From Callorhinchus milii (Eukaryota), in assembly GCF_018977255.1 (NCBI RefSeq), contig NW_024704742.1:119786001-119850000 (forward strand): a stretch of DNA of 64,000 nt, given 5' to 3'. Shown piece by piece: positions 49,717-63,517 of the stretch (positions within the stretch are counted from its first letter, which is position 1; each line of letters begins with the position of its first letter). Both the position numbers and the translations under genes were made by a program. The notes below the pieces were generated by a model. That model saw nothing but the letters and a program-made list of their open reading frames with translations. It made no database searches and was not told where the DNA came from.

Positions 49717-51960
49717 CTGCGGAAGAAATAGAACAATTACTTAGGATAATGGAGCAAAATAAAATTGTTTATCCCATCTCAATAGCACCGATTGACTACT
49801 CTGAGAACTCACTTCTAGAGCCTTTCAAAAACATACAAACAAAGATGTCTTTTAACCTACTCTGCAATAAAATTAAAATAAAGATGTAAAACTGTCAAAA
49901 CTGTAAGCAACCATATATTACAGGAAAACTTTTTTAATAATTAAAAATGTAGACAATAATTTAGCACTTTGAGCTATGGTCACCTGTACTTGAAACTTAT
50001 TGGTCATGTACCATACGATATCAAGCATGGACGTTTTCCCCAGGCGATCACTCTCAGTGTTCGAAAGTTGTGTTACACACGACAACCGTTCATGTTGGCT
50101 GCATCGCTACTAGCACACAGAACATCAGATACAGAAAAGAAGAACATTTTTTAAAAATTTTTTTAGTCCCCAACAAATGACAAAGCCAAAATTCGAGAAT
50201 TCCAATTTGTTTAATTTAAAACCAGCTAAACAAACGCAGTAGGAAATCAAAGTTGTTTACATATGAACTTACAAAGTTTCTTTTTTAATTTGATTTGTCC
50301 TGAACATCTTTAGTATAAATTATAGCCCTAAAATTTCATAACCATTTACCTGGTAAGTTTGTTGCAAACAAACAGAACATTATGTGCATCAGTATAATCT
50401 TACACTGTCAAGCGACCGCCAACTACAATGCAATGTCAATATGACTTTGCACTGAATTTAATGAATTCAACTTAATGCATTCAGATAGTTTTATAAAAAT
50501 CAACACCCTGACCCTACTGCTCACAATGTACCACCACTATTATGCTGCTGCTCCCCAGTCTTCAAATACCAAAGATAATAGCTGAAAGCTTGTTTGCTGC
50601 GATTCAGAAATGTTTGTTTCTGACAGCACAGTATTAAGAGTGAAATTGTCAAAATAGGTTTTAATGTTTCACTTTATTATAAAAATCACAGCAAATTATT
50701 CTTATTGTCCCTGACACTGGAGTACCTGTTAAGAAAAATATCTTGTATTCAAAATTCTGCAAACAAATATTCATGGTGGCATGCAAGTGAAACCCTGAAT
50801 AAATAATACCGAGAGGCTATGCTAAAAAAATAATGTAATAGGCAATTATTTCTGGTGATAATGATCAATTCATCTTAAAAATGGGTCATATCAAATTTAA
50901 ATTGCTATCATCTGGATGATGATTTCAACATTAACTCAAACACTTCATTAAAACAAGTGAAACAAATTGTAATGTTTATAGTGTTGTGATTTTCCAACAA
51001 AACTTAACAGGTAAAAGCAGTTCAAATTTAATGTTTTTAGGAATTTAGAAGGAATGCTGTAATCTTTAAAATAATTGTGCTGTATTTTATAACTACTTAA
51101 ATTATCTTACCATTTTATGAAAAAGTTTAACACTACAACTATGATAACTTTAGATGTTAAGCATAAGAATTGATATACGTTTGAGGATGCACAATTAGCA
51201 CTTTAAATTACTGGCAGCAGTAAGATGCTGAGCTTACCCTACAAATGATTCTTTTTAAAAAAAAGGTTGTGGTCAAAGCTCGCCCATTCTATTATATGAT
51301 CAAAGCACTGCATTTCACGTCTACCACTCCATGTTCTGTTTTGTACCACACAATGCTTTTTATATACATATTCGCCTTTTCTTAAGACAGTTGAATGTAG
51401 AGATAGATGGATTGATAAATAATTTGTGTAACACTATATGAACACCTGCAGGAAATTGGAGCAGTATTATTTTGAATGGGTATACAAACTTCAGTAAAAG
51501 TCTGACTATTAAAAACACCATAGCTACTTAATTATAGCATACAACAAAGCATAACACACAAAACATTGTATTAGAGGCTATATATGTGGTATAAAATGGA
51601 CATAAATTGTGTTTACTTGTTTAGCCACTTTCATTACAGTTTACAAGTTAGTAACAGTGTTCTTATAGCTTTTAGGTAATATACATATGTACAAGCACAC
51701 AGAAACCGTTTACTAAAAAAGACTTCTCACTGTGCAACTGAAAACAAACGCAAGTCTTAAGGATACTATTACATCAAATTAAAGATTCCGATGGCATAAG
51801 TATGCCTTCAGATAATGTTGCTGAAAATCAACGCTTAACATTACAGTTGAGTATAATGCAAAATCTTAAGAAGCAAGGACATACACTTATCTTTTGAAAT
51901 ATTAAGAGAAAAAAGTACAATTAGGAAACAAATCCCACAAACAAATCCACACACCCCCAA

Positions 51961-51963
<3 letters not shown>

Positions 51964-51993
<30 letters not shown>
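51964..51993. repeat. (CA)n microsatellite in SREK1 intron 2
   Basis: acacacac... run of about 30 bp. Confidence 0.95.
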
Positions 51994-51996
<3 letters not shown>

Positions 51997-54900
51997 CTCG
52001 CAAAAGTACCAAATCAATCAACAGTATTTTGGTTAGAGAACATTTATGAAACAATACATTGCAAGGTAAGCAAGGCTAGTTTACAAACCGAAAATGATTA
52101 AAATGTTTAAAGAGAAGAGATGCATACAGGGGACAAATAAAAAGTAAAAAGACAGGGTGTCCATCTTGGAAGATGTCGACGGGCAGTCTCCAGCCATTAT
52201 CCCCCCGTGAAGATTTTGCTTGGTGGCAGCATTAGTGGCATGGCAAACAATGCCTACAGTAGGCAAGTGTACAGGTCTGCCTTCGCCAGTCTAGTCATCC
52301 ACTAATGCACACACATCACAGAGAAAACATACAAAACCAAATTAATATTGGTACTGGGATTCCATCTACCATTAAGTATGGTTAATAAAGAAAATCCTTA
52401 AGTTAATCAGGATACATTTCAAACTACCAATAGGTTTCTACTTGAAAACATGGTATACCTGCAGGAAAAGAACCAGCCTCTGGTTTAGATTATATAAAAG
52501 TTACTTAATGCAGCTGCTATACCATTTATACTTAATCCCATACAACTGAACCACCATTTGGAGCACATTAACGTAAATAAATTAAAATATTCAAAAAGAC
52601 ACTCAGTGATGATTAAAACTGCAGATATTAGAACCGGAACAGTAGGTTTTATGTATCTGTGAAAAAAATTACATCAAAACCTACCGAAGTATACAAGATG
52701 TTGAATTGTATAGTTGTTATGGAACATGGCATGAGAAGGCATTTTATTAAAGAATCTTAATTTTGAACTACAAAGGATACACACTCTCCAAGTAAAACAT
52801 GAACAAATCAAGAACTGGCCATTTAAAAAAGATTTTTTGCCAAGTGTGAAAATGTCAATTGTTTTAAAATAAAGCCTTCACCTGCCACATTTCTCAGTCG
52901 GCAAATAACCTCAGAAGAATGTCACTTCAACATAATTAGGTGGATGTCACCATATTATTAGAATGCTGTAGTTAGTTGACTACAGTAACTCTGGATATGA
53001 TGAAATAAAACTATGTATTATACCACAGAATACACTGTCAAAGCCATTCCCTAAAACATGTTCACTACATAACTGAATCCTTAACTTCTTTCAAGATGTT
53101 AAAGATCGTGTCTAATTGATCATCTAATCAGTTGACATTGGGTCAAATTCATGTTATGTCTTAACAAGATTCCTTAATAAGCAATCCGAGTCTCACAATG
53201 GGGACTTCTTCAGGTAAACGCCCCCATCCATAGGAACATTGCTCCAACACAATCTACTTCCAGAGTGCAATTCCCTTGAGTCAACAAAACCTTGAACTGG
53301 ATTCCTTATTAAGAAATCGCGTCAAGAAATAATGAAAGCTAGAACCCAATGATGATACTGCCTACGTCAACACTTTTGGAAAGCTTGTCATAAAGTTCAA
53401 CATGAAAGAATCCTAATTAAACTAAAAGCACATAAGTATTCTAGCTAGAACATGGACATAAGTAGTTGGTGAAAAATATGAAGTACAGTATAATAGTCCT
53501 CTAATGTCAGAATACAGGCAATGCTAAGTGGAGCCCCATGAAGAGTCCATATTTATGACCTATATGGAAATTGATATTGATTGTAAACTTGCAAGATTTA
53601 ATGATGACATTAAAATAGAGACATCAATGGAGACAAAGGATGCAACAAAAAAAATTACGAAAGATTTTGTAATGTGCACTTGGACAGAAAAATGGAAGAT
53701 GAAATAAAGCTCAAATGAACATTGGAAACGTAATTGGCAAGCAAATGTGCATCATCAGTGTACATGAATGAGACTGACCTAGTACAGGGAGGCCTGGAAA
53801 CAAATCTCGGATGAATGGCAGATTTAACACCATCAATGGGAGGTGAATATGGAATAGCAACTAAAAACCTCAGCAAAAAGAATCCTGGGATATATTAATC
53901 TCCAGTTTTACTGTAATTCTGGTAGAATACATTTCTATAATTATTTCTTGTCACAAGGCCAGAAAAATGTAAACAAGCTTTGAAGACAGTGCAAAAAAAA
54001 GCAACATGATTGTTAATAAGAATCACTGCATTTGATATAGCAAATTAAAATGTTTAATTTTAATAAGAAGAATCCTTGCATGCAACATAAAACCTTTACA
54101 TTAAATCCCATGAAGCACTTTGAGACATTGTCCTTTCATGACAGGATGTCATCTCAAAATGCTTCACAGGATTTACTGCAAAGAGTAGTGACAGTCCAAT
54201 TTGTAGACAAAAATGGTATAAGAAGCTTGAACTACAAGGAAAGATGAGAAAAACTTCAGTCAAAATAGGCAAGGTAAATGGAAAAGATGAGGTATCATTT
54301 ATCAACCAATTTTATGTTTAAAAAATCTTAGGCAGAAGCTAACCAAATATTAAAATGTTATCATGAAGAATCATACTTGATACTTTAACCTACTTTTCTT
54401 TGTCAGAGATTGATTAGTCTGATGTAAATTTTCACTATTTTCATTTCAATGTTACTATGGGATTTTCTTTACAAAAGTTTCTAGTGAATCTAATAGCTTA
54501 TAACTCGAATAGCTCTAGCTTTTAGAGAATGGCATTAAATATTAGTACTAAATAAATCAGATTGAAATAGCTCCACTGAATTTTTCCCTGCAAGACATTA
54601 GAATTCCTAATATTCCAACCTTAAATCTACATGGAAAATGCAAAAACTGCCAACCTACTATTGTTCTTGCTGAATTTGTTTACAAACACTGTTAAAAGTA
54701 TAGTTTTAAGATACCAATATTGGCAAAATATTTTCACTACTCCAACTATACCTTTCAGTCTTGTTAAAACAACTTTTTTTTTAAAACTTTTGTCACTCAA
54801 GTTACTTTGCAAACAGATCACACAAACAACTATAAGATTTCTATCTTGCACTAGTAGCTTGACTGCAATAAAACACATCAGAACAGTATCTTGGTAGACT

Positions 54901-55704
54901 TGCTTTAAAATTTTGGGCTGTCCATCAATTCGTCATAAATCAAATAACATGATTATTTCTAACAAAGCATACTATGCATGTTAAGTCAGAAACAAACTTA
55001 TTTTCCTGCTTGAAAAATAAAAGACAAAACTGTGCATGTACTGATGAATAAACTCAATACCATATTGATACATACAATAAAAGCAAGTTCATGGAATCCA
55101 TACCCAACATTATGCATGTATTTTTTTGCTAGTATGACTTTGGTGTTTAGCATACTATAGAGTTGTAAAATGTTTGGTCTAAATTCAATCTCAGTCATTG
55201 TTCAGAGGTTATATATCTTGTGCCAATTGTTCAAATTTTATTTACTTCACTTTTGGTCGTACTACTATCAGTTACATACATTAGATACAGCCAACAAAAA
55301 ACTTCAATCTTATGTATGCTTACTGCTACATTTGTCATGCTTTGACATAGTTAAATGAGTTACCACACTAACCACAGACTGCATACGTTTTGTTTTTTAT
55401 TGTGCATGGTAAACCGTTTAATTTCTTCCCTATTCTAAAGCAAATGTTCAGTTTTGCCTTCACAAATTCTTTAGTTGTGTCTTTTGCAACTTATTCGAAC
55501 TTCCAGAAATCAGATCCTTCATGCAAAATATTGCTCAACACTTAGCAATGCATATATTACAACACACAATTGAAGAATCTGTGTAAGATTCAATAAGAGG
55601 ATCATGCACTTTCAATAACACTTGAAAGTTATTTCGCTCAGTTACAACGTACAATTCAAATAAGTCATAGAGCTATTGAGTTTACACAAAGCCTTAGTAC
55701 CTAC

Positions 55705-55838
55705 CTTCACCGTAGGGTACAACTATCAGGCCTCTGTCTATAAAAACCACGTTTGTTAGATGCTGGGCCACACCAACACTCACAGGATCGTGATATTTAA
55801 TGTAACATACCCTTGATGAAACCGGGATAGGCGAATTG
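55705..55838 (-). CDS. SREK1: SREK1 exon 2 (RRM1, C-terminal part)
   Basis: ttttgcag|C...GAAG|gtaggt. Encodes NSPIPVSSRVCYIKYHDPVSVGVAQHLTNVVFIDRGLIVVPYGE. Phase 2 to 1. Confidence 0.95.
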
Positions 55839-56330
55839 CTGCAAAATACAAGAGAACCCAGAATGAGCTGATTAAAATTATATTTATCCAATAGAGCTCC
55901 AATGTATTTTTATAAAACCATATTTTAAAAAAATCACTTTTATGTTTTGTAACACAACTTGTTGCACAAAGTCCATGTACTTTAAAACACACGTCGGTTT
56001 AGCACAGCCCACTTATCTGCTGGGTACCAGCTGTATCACAGGCGTGGCACACCCCTGGCACCGAATGGATGGTTTTCTGTACATGGGCACTATGAGAAGG
56101 AAGAAGCACCGCTGATATCACGTCACACAGGAAGCGACATCAGTGGTGCTTCCTTGGCATAGTGACAACAATAAAAAGAATAACAACAAAAAAATTACAT
56201 TTATGAAGCGTCTAGGGATTGGGGGGGGTCGGGAATTAACTTCTGGGGGTTGGGGGTGCTCTGGATGTTTGGGGGGGGGTTGGGGAATGAACATCTGGGG
56301 TTTGAGGTGGTTCGGGAATGAAGGTCTGGG

Positions 56331-56360
56331 NNNNNNNNNNNNNNNNNNNNNNNNNNNNNN
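56331..56360. other. Assembly gap (30 N)
   Basis: Run of n flanked by G-rich sequence on the left and a minisatellite on the right. Confidence 1.
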
Positions 56361-56432
56361 GCAGATCAACACCACTTTTCCTGTACCTTACCGCGGTCAG
56401 GCCACGGAGATCGAATGTTCCTTCTTACTCGC

Positions 56433-56632
56433 CAGCCCCATATTACACACCCCATACTACACCAGCCCCATATTACACACCCCATACTGCACCAGCCCCA
56501 TATTACACACCCCATACTGCACCAGCCCCATATTACACACCCCATACTACACCAGCCCCATATTACACACCCCATATTACACCAGCCCCAAATTACACAC
56601 CCCATACTACACCAGCCCCATATTACACCAGC
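56433..56632. repeat. Minisatellite, 30-bp unit (caccagccccatattacacaccccatacta), ~6.5 copies
   Basis: Direct tandem repeat; source of the periodic HTPYYTSPIL pseudo-ORFs. Confidence 0.95.
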
Positions 56633-58689
56633 CCTAGATTACATAACACCATATTACACACTCGATATACACCAGACCATATTGCACACCTCAACAAGGA
56701 TTATCATAATTATATATACCGTCCCCATAATGCACCTCTCCATATTTGCCAAAAATAATTCAAAACTTATCTGATCCACCAGTTTCAATCTTACATAATA
56801 TCAAGTGCAAGGATTTTTTTTCATGTTAATATTGGAATATTTCATTGTTTCTCAAAGCACGACATGATGTTGGGAAGAATATATTTCCTTGAATTCATCC
56901 TCGTCTCTCCAGAATGCAGTGAGTCATGCAGAGATCCAGTCCCTCACTCAAGAGAAACTTGATACATGAACTTAAGCCGCAAAGTATTGACAGGTCATTT
57001 GATTCGGAGAGAAGCCACTTTTCACTCCCACTCTTGACCACGTCACCTATTCATACATTGCACTTACAGTAGTGGTCACTGGAGACTATTTTAAGACTGG
57101 AAATCCTGATTGATATTTGCTCTAACTGTGAGACTTTGAAGCCATTTAAATGCCTCTCACCAACACCTTCAATTAAGGTCAGCAAATTCAGAATAGAGCA
57201 TGAATCAAACCTAACATCTTTCTGCAAGTCTCAATACACACCAGCTGGTGCATTTACGCAATGAACTAATTGTTACGATAACTATCTTTAAGTCGTCTGA
57301 AAGCCCTTCACAGAATTTACTGAAGTGCAGTGACTGTATTTATAGGCAAACACAGGAGTCAATTTGTGCACAGTAATGTACCACGAATAGCCATGTAATG
57401 AATGCCCAGGACAGAGAAAAATTCCCTTCTCTTTTCAAATGGTTTCATAGGGTTGTTAAGGTTCACGAGAACACATAGATGTACCTCAGTTTAACACCTC
57501 ATCCAAACCTGGCACACAATATTGGACTTGGGACTTCTGAAACATCAGTCACATTTTGTAAGTTTTCCTAATTAGGTCCTTCCACCACACTGAAGGCAGG
57601 TGTCCGTCCGACAGCTGGTGAAGAAAACTCTGGGGCTTAGGAAAATAAACACTGAAAGACTTTACCTTGACTGGATTTATGAACGCACAATCATATATCC
57701 AAGATTTGGTATCTGCCTTGTTATGTGGAGATTCTAGCAGCCAAAACTCGCTGAAGAACGGCGCAATCAATAGTGGCTGTGGGTAGGAGAGCAATGCTCT
57801 GATGTGTTTTATGCTGGGTTGTGCTGCTCATCTTGCAGGTTGTGAAGAGTTTAAAATATCTGCTATCCATCTAGTGGGGGCTCAAACCTCCACTTAACAG
57901 CTGCCCAATGATCAGAGTGACTGTCCTCCTTTGAGGGCGGGGGGGAGGGGAGGGAGGGAAGAGGGTAGGTAAGGATATACTACTGTATATGAATGCAAGT
58001 TGTGCCCAGAATAACGTTTATCTAAAGAACATGAAGGCTTCAAGGGTAAGTTGGCATAGTTCACACCTCACAAACCTTTCTGAAATTCTTATGAGTAAAT
58101 TAAATATTTGGGAAAGCCAATACAATTTGTACGATTGCACCAATTCTATATTATGCACCAAGTAAACATGAAAAGCAGCTTATTCTTAGGATGTTTTGGC
58201 CTAAGGTGGAAACATTCCTTATGAGGATCGTATTCTCTCATATGCTCTCAGGCAGAACTTCACATTGTTATATCGCAGAAATTGTTTGTTGCCAGTCTTC
58301 CTAGTATTACAGCCTGCCCCCTCTGCACTTCTGTCACTATGCCCCTACCCTTGACCTTCCTGCCTCTATCCCTCTGCTTCACCCATTGTTAAATCCGACC
58401 TTAAACCTACTTCTTCGACCATACCTATGGTCACCTCCCACTCCTCCTTCGACCAGTTTATTGTTCAACACCGTCACTGTGAAGCTCTGATGGTATCCAG
58501 AGTAATCGGCATATATGAATACAAATTGTTGTTGTGGTACATTCCTCTGTGGTATTGACAGATTCAGATTAGTTCTTTCTGGCACGAACAAAAAGATTGC
58601 ATTCATTAGGAACTCTTTAAGGCTTTAAAAACCAGAATTATGATACAGGAGCCCCCTAAAATTAATAGATTTTAAAATCCATCTGGAAC

Positions 58690-59900
58690 AACTTGCATTT
58701 ATTCACACCCTGAAGTAGTGTCTCAGAGCACTCAATAGCGGTGCGGCCTGACATCGAGCTGGGGGAGGGGAAGATGCCCGAAGGCACGGTCGAAGAGGAA
58801 AGTCTTCAGGTGGGATTTGAAGATGGGCAGAAGGGGTAAGTGGATGGATTGAGACAAGGAGTTCCAGAGATTCGTGGCTTAGTTACTGAAAACACGGCTG
58901 CCAATTTGGAGCGGAGGGGATGAGGGATGTGCAGCAGCCCCATGTCAGGATTGAGGTGTGACAGATCAGAGATAGGGATGTGGCAGGGCATGAAAAGGTT
59001 TGAAAGTGAGGATCTTGAAATTATCCATTCTGTAACAAGATTGGCAAGAACTGGGTGATGGTATTAAGGAGGCTGGTATGGCTAAGGACATGGTCAACAG
59101 AGTTAATAGTGGCACTGGGGAGACTGGCGAAATGTGCATTGAAAAAAATCGAGGTAGGAGGTGATGAAACCATTAATGGGAATTTCAGCAGCATTTGAAG
59201 ATAGGGGCAAAGGCAGGCCATGTGATAGAGGTGAAGGAAAGGCAATTCTGGTTATCCTGGATGCAGGGTAGGATAACTGGGGATTGAACCAGACATCAAT
59301 GTATCTACAAGTTCAGTGAGTCTGAGAGCTAGGCAGACAAGGTTAAGGAGTGAGAAGACGTTGATGGGAGCAAAGGAGGTTGGCTGCTTGTCCATGTTTA
59401 CCTGCAGAAGGTTTGAACTCATCCAGGCCTTGATGCCAGACAAGCACATCAATAGGACTGGGGTCGTAACTAGAGGAGGAAAGATAGATTTGGGTATCAC
59501 CCGCATACATGTGGACGTTAACCCCATGTCTGTGGATGATATCATCAAGAGGGAAGATGCAAATGAGAAAAAGGAGGCCAAGAGCCTTGCAGTGCACCAT
59601 GGGTGACCTTGTGGGAGCGGGAGGAGAAAACATTAGAGGAGATGAAATGGTGGTGTTGGGTCAAGCAGGGTTTGAACCAGGAGGGCAGCCCCAATGAGGT
59701 GGATGAGGGAGTAGCGGTTGAGGATGATGGTATGGTCCACTGTGTCAAAAGCAGTGGCGAGGTCCAGGAGGACAAGGAGGCAGAGAGAGTCCTGGTCAGA
59801 GGACGTCACTTGTAACCTTCACAAGTGCTGTCTCAGGCCTGTGAGCAGGGCGGAAACCTGGAGAGGTTGAAGAAGTGAGTGGGATGAAAGGTGTGACAAC
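58690..59900 (-). mobile_element. Decayed L2 LINE RT fragment
   Basis: RHGVNVHMYAGDTQIYLS; KAWMSSNLLQVNMDK. Confidence 0.85.
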
Positions 59901-61299
59901 AGCACAGATAGAAATCTTTAGATGGAGGACTTTAAAAGTAGACACTTTTAGATGGAGGACTGCTTGTATTTCATTTACAGTACTATTCTGAAGAACACTT
60001 TATAAGGTTCACAAGGTGATGGGTATTACAGGAACATTGCAGTGTTTTGTTTTAGAAGCACAAACTTTTAAAAATTGATTAAATAAAACAGATGATTTGA
60101 ATTGTTTTTAATAAACCATGATAGTAACAGATAGAAGCTGTTTGCATTGTTGTAAAATGTGAGTGAATTTATAAATCAGTTTCAGTTGCCAGCGGGATAC
60201 ACAGCGATTTTGATTGAAAATAAGCATTGAAAATTTCACATTTCAGAAATGACATACTGTTTTAGTTCAAAACTAAAATTATACAAAGAAAAATAATCAA
60301 ATTGAGAAGAGTAATTAGTTCATTACCCTATACACCATAGATTACCCCAGAAACCATCAAGTTATATACAAAATGTGGAATGTTGAATAAATGCAGCTCT
60401 TTTCAACCATTGTTACAGACTTGCTCAAAGTAAAGGCAATTGTTCAAAATACATCAGGAACACAGCATGATCATAAGGGACAGAGTTAAGTACAGTGGTT
60501 ACTGCTGGTTTGTTTCAAATTTGTTGCAATCAAAGGGACATGTTCCAAGTACAGTATATACACTTTTTTTGAAGAAAAATCCAGTCCACAAGAAACCGTC
60601 TAAATAAATAACATAATAAATATGGGGAATTGTTTTTAAGACTTTCAGTTTGCTTTCACAAACAGTTGAATTGCAACTTACTCATAAGTTACAGAATTAA
60701 TTGAGGGGTTGAAAAGGCAGTTATAAATGGGTAGATACTCAGGAATCATATAAAGGGATATGGAAAAAAGGCAGGATAATGGAATTAAATGATCCGTTGT
60801 GATTTAACAAACCGTTGGAACAGGTTCAATAGGCTGAATGGCTCCCTTCTGTTCCTACATTCTTAAATGATCCAGCAGGAGTTAAAGCACAACTGCCTTC
60901 TGTCGAGGAAATAATTATTCTTCCTCAGCTTTTGATAGAAAACAAAATGCAAAAACATTTCAGAGTAAATATGCGTCTGTCAAATGTAGGAATAATCTAT
61001 ATTTGCACCATATTAACTGGATCAACAGAATAGTGCAAATATTACTCCGGAGGGATTTTTAAAAAAAAGTAGTTATGTTATGCAACCATCTAGTTGATCT
61101 CATTATTGTCCTCATTTTACAGTTCCTGTTCACCTGAAGTATTAACACAGATTTAAATTTGGCTTCCTTTTTCCCAGATTATATATATATTTTTTAAAAA
61201 TCACACTCAGTGATAATGTATCAGGTTATCATTGAATCTGACCACGTGAGACACACTGACTGCATGTGATGGTTTAAAATGACCTGAATTACGTTGTTC

Positions 61300-63409
61300 A
61301 ATTCCCACTGATATTCTTCTTTATTGATCAACAATTCAATGAACAGTGTGCACACAACATGAAAAGGTTCAAAATGGGCACTTCTGTGATAATCAGCCAG
61401 GTTTTGAAATTCAATTTAGCTCAAAAGAATCTGCCATGCTCACCGATACAGGCTATTCACTGAAAAAATAATTTACTCTTATTGAACATATTTGGTCTAT
61501 TACAATGTTAGCAGACAACTGAACAACATGATTCCCTACAAGTTTAAACAAAACACTAAAATGATTTTAAAACAGTTTTCACACTTAGAAAAATCAGGAC
61601 TTAAATTAGAAATTAAAAACAAACAATAAAACCGGCATTGCAAGGTCACTATATTTGCAATCTATGGATATTGCAATTTAACAAGATTAGGTTTGCCATA
61701 CATACAAAATGTAGGGAACAGTGTTAACCATCCTTTGTGATTAACATGAATGCATTATGAGCGGTTGCAACATTAATTTACTTCTATTGAATATATTGTC
61801 TGTTACATTATTTGCAGACGTGAACAAAACTATTCCCTTTAAGGTCAAACAAAAGACACTATTTAAAAAAAATGCTACTGAATTTTGAAAAGCAGATTCA
61901 TAGATTAAATGAAATGTTAAAAATTTATTATAGAATTTGTGCTAAAACTGTACTACCTTAAAGGGAATACCACAACACAATGCTTTCAGTGATTGACTTG
62001 AAGCTGTTGTTATGAACTGCTGCAACATACAGAGAACAAATAGCAAGACAGTAATAAGTATCTTTTTTTTGCTACATAAAGAGATTTTTATTAAACCCTT
62101 AAAATTCTTTATAGATTCTGTTCCAACAAGAGGGAAATGGGAAAATAGCCTTCATGGTCAGTGTGGAGTATTTAAAGGGGTTCCTTTAAATAGTATTTAA
62201 ATTGAATATTTTAGGGGTAGTCAACTGATTAACATTATGCTGGTACAGGTGCTTTATTGGGACTGAAATTTTAATTGGAAAGCGCAACACCAAATTCACA
62301 AAACCAGATTTCTCCATACAAAGTCTAAATATATGTATTGCTCCTCTGCACAGTTGAAATCACTGAATCAACATTAAAAATTTAGTTTCTGGTCTACTAT
62401 GGCACTTTTAGCATGATACACATTGATCATTATGTATCACTATTGTTAATTCTATTATTACAGTAAAGATAGAAACATTTTAAGTGTTGGCCAAATGCAC
62501 TAAGTAACAGCAAGTGTAATAAAATAACATTTCATACAGTAGGACAGGAAAGGCAGCAGAACCACAATTGTCTATCTTTGTAAAAGCACTAAGAAACCCT
62601 TTAATTAGACTTCTTTAAGAATCCAATTCACATTTTATGTATTCAGAACACCCTTATAGTAATATACCATCTCAAACAAACGGGTCTAAAATACCCTTCC
62701 CTTCCCAATCCAACTCATAATAAAAATATTCTCCATCATTAAACCAGTTTCACACATTACTTTGGTAACCTAGCTCTGTATTCAATTCTACCACATGCTC
62801 CAGCAAGGTCACTTAGTTGTAAAACTCAAACCATTCACTTACACATTCGTCTAAACAACGCTCACATATCCATTTCCCCATTTCACAGCTCCTGTACATC
62901 TACCCCAGTGGTTTCAGCATTTGTCAATTATACAAAGGTGATTAAAAATAAAGGCATACATCTATGGAACAGATAGCCCTGCCACCTGTCCATGAGCTAA
63001 AAATCAGTACTATGGCCTTGTACAATTCATTTAGTAATGTATAAGATTATCCAAAAATAAAACCTAGAATCTGTACAGAAAAGCACACAGGTTTTTTGTT
63101 CATATTAGAGTGATTTTGATGTTTACTATATTAACTTTCAACCCCGCAATGTTTGCTTCTAAAACCTATCCCAATTCTCGCATCCACACCCTTACTATTA
63201 CACAGAGTGGTTGTGCCCTTTATACCAAAGCTCTACAATGCATTACTATACAGGCTAAATACATCTGGCAATTTTACCAGTCCATTGTTCCCTCCCCCTC
63301 CGTCCAATAGAAAGTGATATTAGTTGCATTTTTTTGCTATGGAATTGCTTTTTTTTTAAAAAACTGATTAAACTTGTCGATGTCTTCTATTTATCCAAGA
63401 TTTCCAATT
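61300..63409 (-). other. ERBIN: Probable ERBIN 3' UTR (end uncertain)
   Basis: AT-rich, repeat-free stretch after the stop. Candidate minus-strand AATAAA signals near 62253, 61478 and 61320. Confidence 0.5.
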
Positions 63410-63517
63410 TTAGGATGCAATTTCTCGCAGGATAATTAAGTCCACTGTATTCTGGAAGGTTTTTAGTAGTGAAACTGCTTTCCCGTGTTCAATATTAATG
63501 AAATTGTACCCATTAGC
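63410..63517 (-). CDS. ERBIN: Erbb2-interacting protein, last coding exon (end of PDZ domain)
   Basis: cttcttttacag|GCT...TAA. Encodes [35 protein letters not shown], close to the ERBIN C-terminus as I recall it ([35 protein letters not shown]). Too short for the ORF track. Confidence 0.94.
   Translation of the reverse strand, partial: ANGYNFINIEHGKAVSLLKTFQNTVDLIILREIAS

Larger units (their letters stand above)
37270..55838 (-). other. SREK1: Gene span of splicing regulatory Glu/Lys-rich protein 1 (SRSF11/SREK1 family); 11 coding exons visible, first coding exon missing
   Basis: Exons join in one frame (1663 nt). RRM2 (RRTVYVGNLNSQ...VKFVRMAGDETQPTRFAFVEFADQ...FGDRPLKINHSNNAIVKPPEMTPQAAAKELEEVMKRVREAQSFISAAIEP) matches SREK1; SRSF11 lacks this RRM. 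Lies downstream of ERBIN on the same strand, as in human. Confidence 0.95.

Noticed and set aside
37270..55838. Calling the SR gene SRSF11
   Set aside because: The intact second RRM and adjacency to ERBIN rather than LRRC7/LRRC40 indicate SREK1.
56143..56774. Periodic ORFs (HTPYYTSPIL, QPHITHPILH) and CRISPR-like regularity
   Set aside because: Translation of a 30-bp minisatellite with no unique spacers, crossing an N gap.
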